Source: Eledone cirrhosa (lineage: Eukaryota). From it: a stretch of DNA of 64,000 nt. Location: NCBI GenBank assembly GCA_964016885.1, contig OZ024749.1:24924001-24988000 (forward strand). The letters run 5' to 3'. Shown here in pieces: positions 39,826 through 52,710 of the stretch; the first letter of the stretch is position 1; each line of letters starts with the position of its first letter. The notes beneath the pieces were generated by a model. The model saw only the letters and a program-made list of their open reading frames with translations. It ran no database searches and was not told where the DNA came from. A program made the position numbers and the translations under genes.

Positions 39826-40323
39826 ATTCGCGCGCACTCACGTATGTACACACATATATGTATATATATACACAAACATACACACAAACAGAGAAAGATA
39901 ATTAATAAGCTCCCACACATTCACGGAGACATAAACATACACACACACAGAAAACACACATACACACACACTCACACACTCACACCATTCTCAATCTCAT
40001 CTAAACCCACACACATATATACATATACAAAAACATACATACAGAGAAAGAGTCATACACTCACAAGCAGACACAAAGACACACACACACTGACTCACGG
40101 CGCAATATATTTTTCTTGTAAAAGATGTAAGAAGAATTATACGTTTATTTTTCTGTGAATATTTCAATATAGCAAATGTTGTGAGTCATTTCCTTCATAA
40201 ATATAATGGACACTCATAGCAAAATATGTTTATTTATTACCATAATTCTATAATTCTCCTTCTCAAACTATATCTGTCTCTCACTCTCACTCTACTCTTC
40301 TTCTCTCTCTCTTTCTCTCTCTC

Positions 40324-40392
<69 letters not shown>

Positions 40393-40600
40393 ATCAGTTT
40401 TATTTATTTATTTCGCTGGCTCGCTCATTTTTCATACTTTATATTAGCGTACATCACACCATCTCGGTCCCCATCTAGCACAAATACACACACACACTCA
40501 CACGCGCACGCGCGCATATATACACACACACACATATATATATATTTGAAAGATACAGAAGCAAAAACCCATCAAACAATGAGCGTGTTTTATTATTATC

Positions 40601-40788
40601 GGTGGATTGGAAGTATCGGTAGAGGGTCTGACGCCAAGCTTTGCAGCAAAGAGTTACGACCCTTGCAATTCTGAGTTCAAATCCCGCCGAGGTTAACTTT
40701 GCCTTTCATCCTGACGGGGTCGATAAAATAAAGTACCAGTAATGCACTGGGATAATTGCTGGCCTTGTGCCAAAAGTAGAAACAAATA
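40601..40788 (+). mobile_element. SINE, full length
   Basis: Same family; B-box GAGTTCAAATCCC. Confidence 0.9.
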
Positions 40789-41237
40789 TTATTTCTAGCA
40801 ATATTATAACAATATGATCCCCACCAAATATAACAACATATATATATATGTATGTGTGTGTGAGGGGGTGGGGTGAGTTTGAGTGTATGCGTGTCTATGT
40901 GCGTGTGTTTGTGAGCGTGTGTATATATGTGCTTACATGTGAGTGTGTTTAGATGAGACGGTGAATGGGTGTGAGTGTTTTCGCTCATTTCTTACTGGAC
41001 TTCTCTATATTTCCCTTTCTTCCATTGACTTCTATTTATGGCAACCTGTTGTGTCCTTGAATAATATACTTTATTTGTACTTGCTCAAGTCCAAACAGAA
41101 GCCAAAAAAGAGTCGTGGTTCTATTGTATAGTGCTAATAATTTCACATATTGTGTTGTATTTTGAACAACAGCAACGCTTGTCGACCCATACAACAAACA
41201 CAAATACACACACACACATACACACACGCACACACAC

Positions 41238-41279
<42 letters not shown>

Positions 41280-41320
41280 ACACACACATTCACACGCACA
41301 CACACGCACGCACACACACG

Positions 41321-41370
<50 letters not shown>

Positions 41371-41749
41371 ATGCTGTGTCTGTGTGTATGTATGACCGTT
41401 TAACTTAGCAATGTGAAATGAAGTGATTTGTTCAAGCCCCAAATTAAACAATGAGTGTTGAATGATGATCATGTGTGTGAGCAGGAAAAACTCCAGAGTA
41501 ACAAGAGTCACTACCATCATGTTTGACATATATATATATATGTATATGAAATTGGAAATTATAGTTGCCACAATGCAGATAACTATATTAAAGTTTAGAA
41601 CTGTAGGAAGTTCTGGCAAATATATTTTCAAAATTTAAATTTACCAATGCGGCGTAACCAAGTTTGGTTTACATAAATAGAAACATATTTCCCTGGCCGT
41701 TGTGGCTAGTAGCCAATAATATTAGGCAAAAGTTTGATTTCATTACGGC

Positions 41750-42700
41750 AAATGTCCAGCAGGGTGTAGGAGTTGGAAATAGAAATATGTATCACTGACC
41801 TCTGAGGTCAACAGTCAACAATATTGGGAAAAAAAAATCTGTGCTTCTAATACAACGGGCCTCTGTCAAGTTTGGTAGTAGTAAGGGGTGGAGAGTTATG
41901 CGTGTCAATGACCTCTGAGGTCAACAGTCTAGAATATTAAGAGAAAATATAATTTCACCACGGACCCTGAACAATCAAGTTGGGAGGTTAGAGAGGGAGA
42001 AAGAGGATAGATATATATGTCACTGACCTCTGTGGTCAACAGGTAACGATATAGAAAAAATAACTGTGCTTCCACTAGAACTACGGTCACTTGTGGGGAT
42101 CGATAAGCGTCTCAAATTTTGTGATCCGCTGGCAATGTCATTAAGAGAAAAACTCTGCTTCCTCTACATTACGGCCACTGTACAGTAAAGAGATCAGGTT
42201 TATAGGCTAGATATATGAGACACAAGCTCTGTTGTCAGTAGATAACGATATGGGGAAAAAACACTGCTTCCTCTACACCATATATGTCAAACTGAGGGTC
42301 CCTCGAGGGACACGTGGGTCACATATGTGTTGTCTGAGGGCCACACACGACACCTAATTGCGCATATTACTACTCATTTTTCAAATTTTAGATTACTCGC
42401 TGTAAACCTTTGATTAGGCAGCAGGTGTGATTTTAAAGTCCGCATGCGGCCCACGGACCGTGTGTCTGACATGCCTACTCGAGACTATGGCCACAGTCCA
42501 GTTTAGGGTGGAGGTTTATGGGATATAATTATGTGTCACAACCTCTGTGCGCAGCAAGAAACTATACCGAGAAAATATGTTTCCTCAACACTACTGCATC
42601 TGTCCGGTGTAGTGCGTCGTTTTAATGTATTGATATATGTATTACAGCCTCTGTGGTCAGCAGATAACGATGTAGGGAATGAATCTGCTTTCAGTACGGC
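41750..42700. repeat. Diverged tandem repeat, unit ~110-115 bp, about 7 units
   Basis: TGACCTCTG(A/T)GGTCAACAG at 41796, 41909 and 42024, with decayed versions at about 42225, 42540 and 42648; recurring CTGCTTCC. Confidence 0.7.
42279..42477. mobile_element. hAT/Charlie-like MITE inserted in the tandem repeat
   Basis: CATATATGTCAAAC ... GCGGCCCACGGACCGTGTGTCTGACATGCCT decayed TIRs. Confidence 0.55.
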
Positions 42701-43544
42701 AACTAGTTAAAATAAAAGTGGATAAAAATCTAAATATTTACTTTGTGATAAACGGCCGATAATATTCAGAAAACCGGTGTTTTCACTACAGATTCTGTCC
42801 AGAGAAGTGGGAAAAAACTCTAAAGATAAGCCACACAGACCTTTGTGGTCAGCACGCGATAAAAGTAGGAAAAAAACTAAACATGACCAGAACAAAAATA
42901 TGACATTTGATATGAGAAATGTATTAAACGAAATATTATCTGTCAAACTTGAGGTCAGCCATGTTGTAGTTATGGCGCGTTCGCACGCAGATGTTGAATT
43001 AGAAATATGAAAATAAATATATCAGAACAGAACATACCCACATAATAATAACAATAATAATAATAATAACAACAACAACAACACCAACAACACCACCACC
43101 ACCAAGAACAACAACAATAATAATAATATTGAACATAATAATAACAAAACGAAGAACAGTTATGAGGCGGAAAATCTAGTAATAGTAAGAACATCAAAAC
43201 CTAACGGCGAGTTGAAGCGGAGAGGGAGAGAAAATGAAAGGAAAGACAAAAGAATGGAAACATATAATGGAGAGATAGATCATTTTCTTTTTATTTGCCA
43301 CAAGGGCATCAAAAAGTGGGACAAATACAATGGGGGGAGTTTACATAACAAGGCGTCCTCAATAAGGAGGAGGCAATAACAAAATATAAAAATAAAATAA
43401 AATATAACAAAATAAATTTTATAACAAAATCCTCCATAGGGAGGAGGCGCCTTGGGGGGTCGCACACACCACCGAAAAAAAGTGTGCAACCCTTCTCCTC
43501 AGGAGCACAGAGAGGGGGTGCTCGCTTGATCTTTCATCTTCCTC

Positions 43545-46500
43545 AGTCTGATGTAGAGTGAGGGCCCATTCACACGGGCCATTCTCGCCACTTTCACCCA
43601 TCTTTCATAAAAACGGCTGGGGTGCAGCACCTCTCTCTCCATCCTGATCCTTCTTCCGAAATGATATCGGAAGAAACGGACCATTTGTTGGCCAGAGAGA
43701 AAGGTGTCTGACCTCAGTCCTTTCAGACGCGTCCACCATACAACCTGTTTCGCCATGGCTATTACGCACAGAAACACGGGCTCTCCTTCGTTTTTGAAGA
43801 GGGGAGGCGGATTGATCGTTACAATAGACTCGATGGTCAACTGGATCGGTCCCACCCTTGAGAGCAGTTGTTCGACATAGCCCCACAGATCGGCAATGCC
43901 CGAGCAGTGTACCAATTCGTGTGCAACGGTTTCCTCGTCGCACACGCATCTGGGACAGATCTTTTTCGAAGGGTCCCTACTCGGGCGCCCGCGTCTGTAG
44001 AGCCTTTCTCGAACGGGCAGAGCCCCTCGGTAGCACTGCCAAGCCAGGGACCTCTGGAAGTTATCCATGGGTCCCGGGCTGAATGTCCTACCGAACAGGT
44101 TGGCCAGTTCGTCTTCCTCCATGCCTAGGGCTTCTCCAAGGGCATCATCGCACATGCTAACCACCAGCCCACTGTAGAATGACGAGGTGGATTCTCCACT
44201 GACAGCCGGGTCCGCATGCCAGAGAGCCGTGGGCGCCTGGGCACACTCGGTGTGCCAGGCACCCAGTTTTCTCGGTCTTTGCTTGCCCAGGATTGCAGCT
44301 TGGTGAGTGAGACGAGTCTGGGAAAGGCTCGCCTCACAAACGGCGCCCACACCGGTTGACCAGTGAGGAATACCTGGAGGTGCCGTAGCCTTAATGCGTG
44401 TTTTCGTTTCATTAGCCATGGCATCCCCAGCCCTCCTTTCGAAGGGTGTTGACAGCGGAGGGATCTCCTCACCATAGGAGCCCGCTTCTTCCAAAGGAAT
44501 TGGAAGAGTCCCCGCTCAATTTTGGCTAGCGTTTCCCTTGGGCAAGGCACAACGGTCGGGCAGTAGTAGTGTTCGCCACCTCCGCCCGACCTTTCAGGGA
44601 CAGTTTGCACTCGGCCCACTTCTGGGTCAGTGCAAACACCCTGTTCGTTACCTCACCCCAGTTCTTCTCCACCTGGAGGTCTGCTCCGAATCAGACCCCG
44701 AGCAACTTCACCGGGCCCTCCGTCCAGCGCCCGACGACGCCATCGGAGGGCATCGATCTTCCCCTCCACGTGCCGAGTTGCAGACCGATCGACTTGTCCC
44801 GGTTCAGCTTAGCCCCTGTAAACCTTTCGTACACCTCCAGTAAGGTGCCGATCGCCCCGATTTCCGAGGCCGTCGACACCATTAGTGTTACGTCGTCGGC
44901 GTAGGCCGACACCGCTTTCCACAATCCCGGTTCCAACGGGATGCCCTGCAACAACTCCAACTTGCGCAGTAGTGGATCTAGAGTCATTACATACAGAAGG
45001 GAGGAGAGAGGGCACCCTTGTCGGATGGACCGCGCGATTTCGAACGGCTCCGAGAGGTAGCCGTTCACCTTGACCCTAGAGCAGAAGCGGCTGCTGTGCA
45101 TGGCATAGATCCACCCCCTGAAAACGGGTCCGAAGCCTGCCGCCGCTAGCACCGCATCCAGGTAACCATGGTCGACCCTATCGAACGCCTCAGATTGATC
45201 CAAGTTGATCAGGGCCCCACCAAAGCCGGGTTCGTTCCCAACCCTCTCTATGATGTATCGCATGAGGTGGAGGTTATCATGGATTGACCTGGATGGGATA
45301 GCACATGTCTGCGCATCTCCTACCAGGTTGCCCACGACAAGCGACAACCTCTTTGCTAGCACCTTGGCCAAAACCTGTAACTCTGTATTTAGCAGAGTTA
45401 TGGACCTAAAATTATTTATATCGTCCCCCTTGTTCTCGTCCTTCCTCACTATCGTGACTACGCCCTTGGTCACAGCACAGGGAATTCTCCCGTTCTGTTG
45501 CCAGTTGCAGTAGACCGCCTCGAGAAGATCGGGGAACAAGTCCGGCATAGCTAGATATAGTTCGTATGGAAGACCAACGAGACCCTGGGATTTGCGTTTG
45601 CCGCATTGGCTCAGCTCGTCGTCTATCTCAGCGGCTGAAATCAGCTCCTCGCAAGACTTCGCCTCCCTGTCCGAGAGACGCGGCAGGCCGTCGAGGTATG
45701 GACGGAAGTCCACTTCCCCCAACCGGCTCCCCGCCCCTTCCGAACAATCTGGCAAAGTGCTTTTGAAAAGCCTCGAACATCTGCTTTGTTTCAAGGATCA
45801 CCCGTCCATCCTGGTCTCGCAAAGACCGGGTACTGGATCTACTCCCTCTTTTGGCTTCTGTCACGCGGGCCCAGCTAACAGCTTTGGTCCCCTCGTTTCC
45901 CAGAGCACGTATTTTTCTTCGGACGATGCAGCCTTCGTGTTTCGCGTCGAAGAACTGGCCCAGGGCCGTTCTCGACGCTAGCACTCTGGCCACGTCGCCG
46001 CTTCTAATTGCCTCTTCTACACTATCTACCAACTCCCTTTCGTTCCTATTTCTATTTGAGGCTAACTCCTTACTAAATTCTATAGAGACTACTCTAATCT
46101 CTCTTTTGAGAGATCCCCACCACCTTCTGTTGACGATGGCGCCCGTCAACCGCTCCTTAACTAAAGTGCTAATCCGGTCCCTGTAAGCCTTACTTGCCGG
46201 TAAGGACAAGTTGAGCTTCCAGTAACCGGGTCCCTGTCTATGCGTTCTGTCAATGTTGACCATGCAGCTCACTAACTTGTGGTTTGAATAGCCAACCATG
46301 CGCATTTTTGGAGAACTTAAAAAGGCCTTATCCTTAATTCTAACTAAGAGCCTATCTAGGTACGACCTAGATGATCCGCTACGATTTGCCCAAGTCCAGG
46401 TTGGCGCAGTCGGAAAATCTAGTCGAGATCGACCGATTAGCCTTTGAGGCTATTACACCCCTCTCTATCGGCACAGGCCCCTACGTAGTACCAGCGTGCA

Positions 46501-46933
46501 TCTAGGATACCATTCCAGTCCCCCACTAATAGCAAGGAGCGGGACGTCCCTAGAAAAGTCTCCAGACGATGGAAGAAGTCCGGCTGCATTGACCCGAAAG
46601 GGCCGTAGGCAGCTACCAACCTAAACGCTCAGCCTTCACCACTGCCAAGGTCCAGAACCACTAGTCGACCCTCCAGGTCCAAATGTACCGTCTGTGTTGC
46701 GAGACCCAGATGTTTTTGCAGCAGAACGACAACGCCACCCCACCTCCGGGCTGACAGAGAGATGCGTGCATCTCAAAGTCATCAGAGGTGGGGGCCAGCT
46801 GTCGCACGTTGCTGATCCGGGCCTCGCAAATAACCATCACATCTATACGTTGTGACCTGAGGTCATTTAGAAGCATTCCTTGCTTCTAAGTTGAGCCCAG
46901 GCCACGCGTATTTAGACAGCCTACTCTTAGCAT
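43545..46933 (-). pseudogene. Tx1 ORF2 (APE-RT-CCHC), disrupted
   Basis: LVGDWN, GPGYWKLN, LDQSEAFDRV, RQGCPLS, YADD and CPRC...C in several frames. Confidence 0.9.
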
Positions 46934-46963
46934 AGCTATGTTGGTGGTGAAGAGAAAAGGCAC

Positions 46964-48890
46964 TTACCTCTCTGCGTCCCGGGTATCGGGCTGCACATTT
47001 TCCATGAGGGTGGGGGATGGGTTCTTGGGTGGGGTGGTGGTTTCTGGCGCGGTGGGGACGGCGGTATTTGGTGGGGAAGGGGTGCTGGTGGGATGGGGAT
47101 GACTTGGGTGGGGGTGCCTGTGGTGGGGAGGCCTTTGTAGAGGACGCGGTTGATTGGTTTCAAGCAGGATTTCCCCACGTCCTCTACAAATGTTTCTTTT
47201 AGGGATCTATAAGTTCCTATAGGGACCCTGATCAGTTTTAGGTTCTTTTTTTGTTTTTGTTGGCGCTATCCATAGTTTTCCCTTCGGTTTTGACCAAAGG
47301 GTTGTTTCTAATGGTCTCCATCAGTGTTCTATTTTCTTCGTTTATGTAAGTGTATGTGTACTTTTCCTGTGTTGTGTTTGTTTTTGTCTGTGGTTCCTGC
47401 ATGTGTTTTCTCTTTGTTGTGGGTGTTTTGTTTTCGGGAGGGGGAACTGTTGTTTGTGATTTTTGTGCTGTTTGTGCTGGTGTTTGTGTGTTTGTTTCGT
47501 TTTTGTTCATGCGGTTCTTTCTTTTTATTCTTTTCACGGGTTGGAAGGGTTCCTCCTCATCGCCGCTGGGTGTTGACGATAGGGGTTCCTCGTCCGTGTT
47601 GATGGGTAGGGGTATGTTTTGGGGTTATGTAGTGTCTGTGTGTGTTTTTGTATTTGTTTTGGGTGAGGAGGGGTTGGGTGGGATAGTGTTCTCTGTTGTT
47701 TTTTCTTGTTGTCGTGGTGGTGGTGGTTGTGTTGTTATTTGTGGTGTTGGTAAAAGTGTTTTTTTTTTCGTCAATTGAGGACAGGCAGCCATTAGGTGAC
47801 CTCTAATTGGGCAGTGGTAACATACGGGCCGCCTACCCGCAACCGAAATGTTTATGTAGGTCTGTCCATCCAGAGGTACTCTCTGTGAGATTTTCATTAT
47901 ACGTTCTGGGCTCATCTGCACCAGAATTTCGACGCTAGTCCCACTAAATATATCTCTGGAGGATTTTCCTACTGAGATCAAAGTGTCTTTTTCAAAGTCA
48001 ATTAGGCCATAAAGTATCCACCAAATATCTACTTTGGGTCTTATACATGTAATTTTTATTTTTTGCGTTCTTTTTCCCATGTATGTAGGGAAAAATGTAA
48101 AATGGGTAGACACAATGGGTGCGACGGAATATTTTTGTGCTGTTATGTTGTTTTTCATTAGCACCGAGATGCTGCCGAAAAGTTTGGCTTTCTGAATAGA
48201 TAAAATGTTATCTATGTGGTTCCTTAATACTAGCTCAATCTCACTCTGAGATAGTTGGGCTGGTTTTTTTGATGCATTTGAGATTGTCCTGAAAACCACC
48301 GTGTTCAGAGCATTTTCTCTCCTTAGTTCTTGTGGTGAATTCATGCTAAATGACCCATTGGGTCCAAAAGTTACATATTGTTTAGCATCTTCCAACTTTT
48401 TTTTCGCGTTGGTTAAATTCAAAAGTTGAAATATTTCCGTTTTTTTTACGGTATCAGCAAAAGAAATGTTGCTGTTGTTGTCTTTCTTTTTGTTATTGTC
48501 ACTGTTGTTTGTATTTTCTTTGGTGTTTGTGTTGACATTTTTTTTCTTTTGATTGGTATTGTTGGATGTGTTTTCAATTTTTTCATTTTCTGTATTTTTT
48601 GGTGTCTGTTGTGGGCTGTTATTTTCATTTTTTGTTGTGTGAATTTCCATTTCTTTACGAAAGGAAGTGTTTACTACATATATATCTTTATGTGTGTGGA
48701 TACATGTGACGTTTGTGACGTCAGGAGTGTTCAGTTGCTTACAAGCAGCTGAAGCTTGTTCCACTTCTAGATGTTAAGACGTTGATGTTGGCCTTTCTTT
48801 GTCCATGTCTGCTACTACCTGCTGGTCAAGTAGGCATGGCTTTCCCTTCCCATCTTCTTGTTTTGGCAAAGAGGTAGGTGCTTCGGCCAT
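46964..48890 (-). pseudogene. Tx1 ORF1, disrupted
   Basis: ISFA motif, F.P.Y.G...K(V/I)K.T, zinc knuckle; premature stops. Confidence 0.8.
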
Positions 48891-49304
48891 TTTTAAAAAA
48901 ATGTACTGTTTTGCAAAAATATTTTGGATGATTTGCCCTGAGGGGCACGATATTTTGGAGGACTGACCAGATCAAAATTTGACCTGTCAGTCCCTCTACA
49001 AATTGGTATAAAATTAAAAGTTCGCAATGACGAATTTCTAAGGAAATTTAAACAAAATTTACCGAGCAAGTTTAACACGTGTCCATCCCAAGGGGAAGGA
49101 GAGATAGATATATAGGTAGATAGATATATAGATAGATGGGGGAGAGAGTGGCTGAGAAAGAGAGAGTAAGGAAGAGAGAGGTAGATAGATCGAAAGATAA
49201 ATAGATAGATTGACAGAAAAATAGTTACATAGATTGATATATATATATATAGAGAGAGAGAGAGAGGAGGAGGAGGGAGGGGGGGAGAGATAGATAGATA
49301 GATA

Positions 49305-50240
49305 TATTTCATTATTTGCACAGGGGCGTACAAAAATGGGACATTACAAGACGTGACGGCGGGGGATTCACAGAAAAATCATATAACTTTAACATTAATA
49401 AATAAAAATAAACTATATATATAATAAAATAACAATTAAAATCCCCAGTACGTTACTCCAGGGTTGTTTTACACCCCGTGGATAGAATAACCCTCAACAC
49501 CAGGAACACGTTTTGTAGGTGTTCCTGTCTTCCCAGTGTTCCTTTTCCTCAACATACAGGTTTATATACAGAGAAGGCCCATTCACTCGAGCCATTTTCC
49601 CCACATTCACCCACCTTTCAGCGAATTTACTGGGGTGTAGCACCTCTCTCTCCACTCTCACCTTCCTTCTGAAGTGGTACTTAAAGAAGGGGATATGTTG
49701 TTGTCCGGAGAGAAAAGTGTTTGCCAACAGTCCTTTTAACCTCGTCCACCATATTACCTCTTTAGCCATAGTCACCAGACAGAGGAAAACCGCCTCTCCT
49801 TCATTCTAAAATGAAGGCGCTGGGTTGATCATCACGGTGGACTCCGCTGACAACTGGATGAGTCCCACACGTGTCAGTAGCCGTTCAGCATAATTCCACA
49901 GGTCGGTCACCCCTGGGCACTGAACAATTGCGTGCAGAACGGTGTCGATGTCCTGCTCGCATCTTGGACAGGTTCTTTTGGCAGGATCTCTGCCAGGGCG
50001 TGTCTGTAGATTTTGTCTCGAACTGGTAGAGCTCCTCAGTAGCACTGCCAGGTTATCCATAGGCTCTGGACGGAAAGTCCTCTCGAACAGACTGATCAGT
50101 TCGTCCTCCTCGATGCCTAGAGTTTCTCCGAGAACGTCGTCGAACATATCCTACACTAATCCACTAAGATTGTCGAAGTGGAGTCTCCGCTGATTGCCGT
50201 TTCCGCTTGGCAGAGGGATGTGAGCGCCTGAATGCACTCG
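49305..50240 (-). mobile_element. Tx1 3' fragment inserted in (GATA)n
   Basis: DDVLGETLG..., CPRC...LHAIVQC, MAKEVIWWTRLKGL...ERWVNVGKMARVNGP; (AGAT)n both sides. Confidence 0.88.
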
Positions 50241-50318
<78 letters not shown>

Positions 50319-50425
50319 ACAGATAAATAGATATATGGATAGATATATAGATATACGGTCTGATAGATATTTAAAAAGAAACACACGCTCAAATAAATAA
50401 ATATATATATATATGTGGGTGTGTG

Positions 50426-50507
<82 letters not shown>

Positions 50508-50518
50508 TGTATGTATGC

Positions 50519-50553
<35 letters not shown>

Positions 50554-51250
50554 TAGATATATATATATGTTATATGCCTAGCAAGATATCTAGCTATAAA
50601 AATAAGACATATAATACCACGTAAAGTACGCCAGCTAGAACGAAATTATGGCGTGATTGCACGAAAGAGTGACTGCTGCTAGAAACAAACAAAGAAAAAA
50701 TACTAACTCTCATCACGTGAATAGTGAGGTTGAATATTTTTGATGTAAGAATTCATTGCTGTTTTTAATTGGAATCATAATATTCGATATATGAGTTGGG
50801 TATTGATCGAAATCTTTTTGTCTCAAACACACAAACAAACAAGCAGTCTCACCAAACACCCACACACGTAGGTGTTTATGTATATCTATATATATGTATT
50901 TTTACATATATACATTTGTATTATACACACACACATATATATATATATAGAGAGAGGGGGGTCTATGTACGGTTATCTCCCTTGTCAGCTCTTATATACT
51001 GCTATTTTCACTGCAGCCATATATTGATTGAAAATCCGTCCGGTGAAACGCACCTCATCGCGTATGGTTTGCTAATTTGTTCTGGAAATAATTCTATACC
51101 GAACTCCTCCTTTAGACTGAGTATGCCACAATCTGCAGTGATAACCTCCCAGTTTTTTACCAATATATATATATATATATACATATTATATATATATATA
51201 TATAATATATAATATATAAGATCAAAAGATGGTTAAATGATTTCCATGTA

Positions 51251-51317
51251 TTTTATTATGCGCATTTCAAAAACATATATCATCATGCAATAACATTTGT
51301 GTTTTCATCAGATAAAA
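51251..51317 (-). ncRNA. Hammerhead ribozyme (left arm)
   Basis: Reverse complement of the motif at 51440-51506. Confidence 0.85.
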
Positions 51318-51439
51318 TAGGAGGACATGATATGAAGGTTAAAAATCACTTGTGGATAGTGCAGTTTTATATCAACATATGTTGATTTAAAACTGCACTA
51401 TCCACAAGTGTTTTTTAACCTTCATATCATGTCCTCCTA

Positions 51440-51506
51440 TTTTATCTGATGAAAACACAAATGTTATTGCATGATGATATTTGTTTTTGAAATGCGCATA
51501 ATAAAA
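51440..51506 (+). ncRNA. Hammerhead ribozyme (right arm)
   Basis: TTTTAT-CTGATGA-AAACACAAATGTTATT GCA TGATGATATTTGTTTTT-GAAA-TGCGCA-TA-ATAAAA. Confidence 0.88.
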
Positions 51507-51969
51507 TACATGGAAATCATTTCACCATCTTTTGATCTTATATATTATGTATACTCCAGTCCTACAAACTGTAGAGTGCTTCTTATCCGATATCTGCATT
51601 GCTTTATTGTACTACAATAAAACTCACCTCCTACATATATATATATATATATATATAAATATAAATTAGCGAGAATCGTATTTCGGCTATTGAAAATTAG
51701 CGAAAAACAACTTCCGAGATGTGTGGCAAGCGCCCCATAGAAGCTAGTGATCTAGAGCAACAACATAAGTTAAAATATATGCACAGGGAGGGTGAAGTGC
51801 ACCTTACTGCCGGATTAAGTGTGGCCGAAACTTGAGTACGGGAACTACTATAGGCACCCGTTTTACGTGTGTTGTATTGAAGCGAATACCTATGTGTATA
51901 CTCTGGGAATGTATCTTACATTGCCCATTGAATACACTGAGATACAACCGGTCCGTCAACTCCTTATTA

Positions 51970-52085
51970 TTAAATCCCGCCAAAGTCAAATTTGCCTTCC
52001 ATCCTTACGGGGACGATAAAATAATGTACCAGTAATGCACTGGGATAATTGCTGGCCTTGTGCCCAAAAGAAGAAACAATTATTA
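51970..52085 (+). mobile_element. SINE 3' part
   Basis: AAATCCCGCCAAAGTCAAATTTGCCTTCCATCCTTACGGGG...GGCCTTGTGCCCAAAAGAAGAAACAATTATT. Confidence 0.82.
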
Positions 52086-52349
52086 TATATATACATATAT
52101 AATGGCTGATTGTAAACTCACGTGCTTTTCTCCCAAAATATTTACACCACTTTTCACTGACTATCGTCCCATTTATTATTTTATTTAAATATTTTTTTAA
52201 TTGTATACTTTGATGAAGGAAAGTTTAAGAACATTTTCTTGCTATATCAAACGTTAAACAACTGCTCTATTTACTATGGCTCAACTACGCCTCCATCAGG
52301 CTTTAAAGTTGTATACATACACGATGAAATGCAAGGGATAAATGGCATG

Positions 52350-52710
52350 ACTACTACTACTACTACTACTTCTTTTTCTTCTTTTTCGCCAACTTATTCC
52401 TTTGAGAGTCGTAACGAGAGTCTTCACGCACTCCTTCCAGCAGGTCTTCTCAGAAGCAACCGTCTCCAACTAACCCGGCCGGATCCCCAGGCGTAACCAG
52501 CCAAGATCATGGATGTTATCCAACAATCTTGCTCGGGGTCTAGCCCTGGGTCTCCTACATGTTGGTTTTGCCCGTCAAATCTGTACAGGGATTCTTTCCT
52601 TAGATATTCTAAACACATGCCCATAGTATTGGAGCTGTGTTTCTCAAATTGAAGAAGCTGCCGTTCTATGTGATCTCTACGTTTCTCTGATCTCAATGTT
52701 TCACATTTAA
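52350..52710 (-). mobile_element. RTE-clade LINE 3' fragment with (AGT)n tail
   Basis: Minus-strand QLQYYGHVFRISKERIP...RRPRARPRARLLDNIHDLGWLRLGI. Confidence 0.75.

Larger units (their letters stand above)
43279..49090 (-). mobile_element. Decayed full-length Tx1/L1-clade LINE with (GATA)n-like flanks
   Basis: ORF1 remnant 48890 to about 46964 (CYHCPIRGHLMAAC), ORF2 remnant 46933 to about 43545, collinear with the 19-25 kb copy; many frameshifts and stops. Confidence 0.9.
51211..51634 (+). mobile_element. Family B element: 336-bp spacer-less palindrome plus 88-bp tail
   Basis: Dyad centre ATCAACATATGTTGAT at 51378/51379; few mismatches; tail homologous to 16765-16850. Confidence 0.9.

Noticed and set aside
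41290-41631. Hydrophobic 113-aa minus-strand ORF resembling membrane helices
   Set aside because: Spans a (TA)n run and ends in microsatellite; no recognisable motif; AT-rich DNA gives hydrophobic translations by chance
41750-42700. CRISPR-like look (palindromic repeat at regular spacing)
   Set aside because: Intervening sequences are homologous to each other, the period is ~113 bp, there are no cas genes, and the context is eukaryotic
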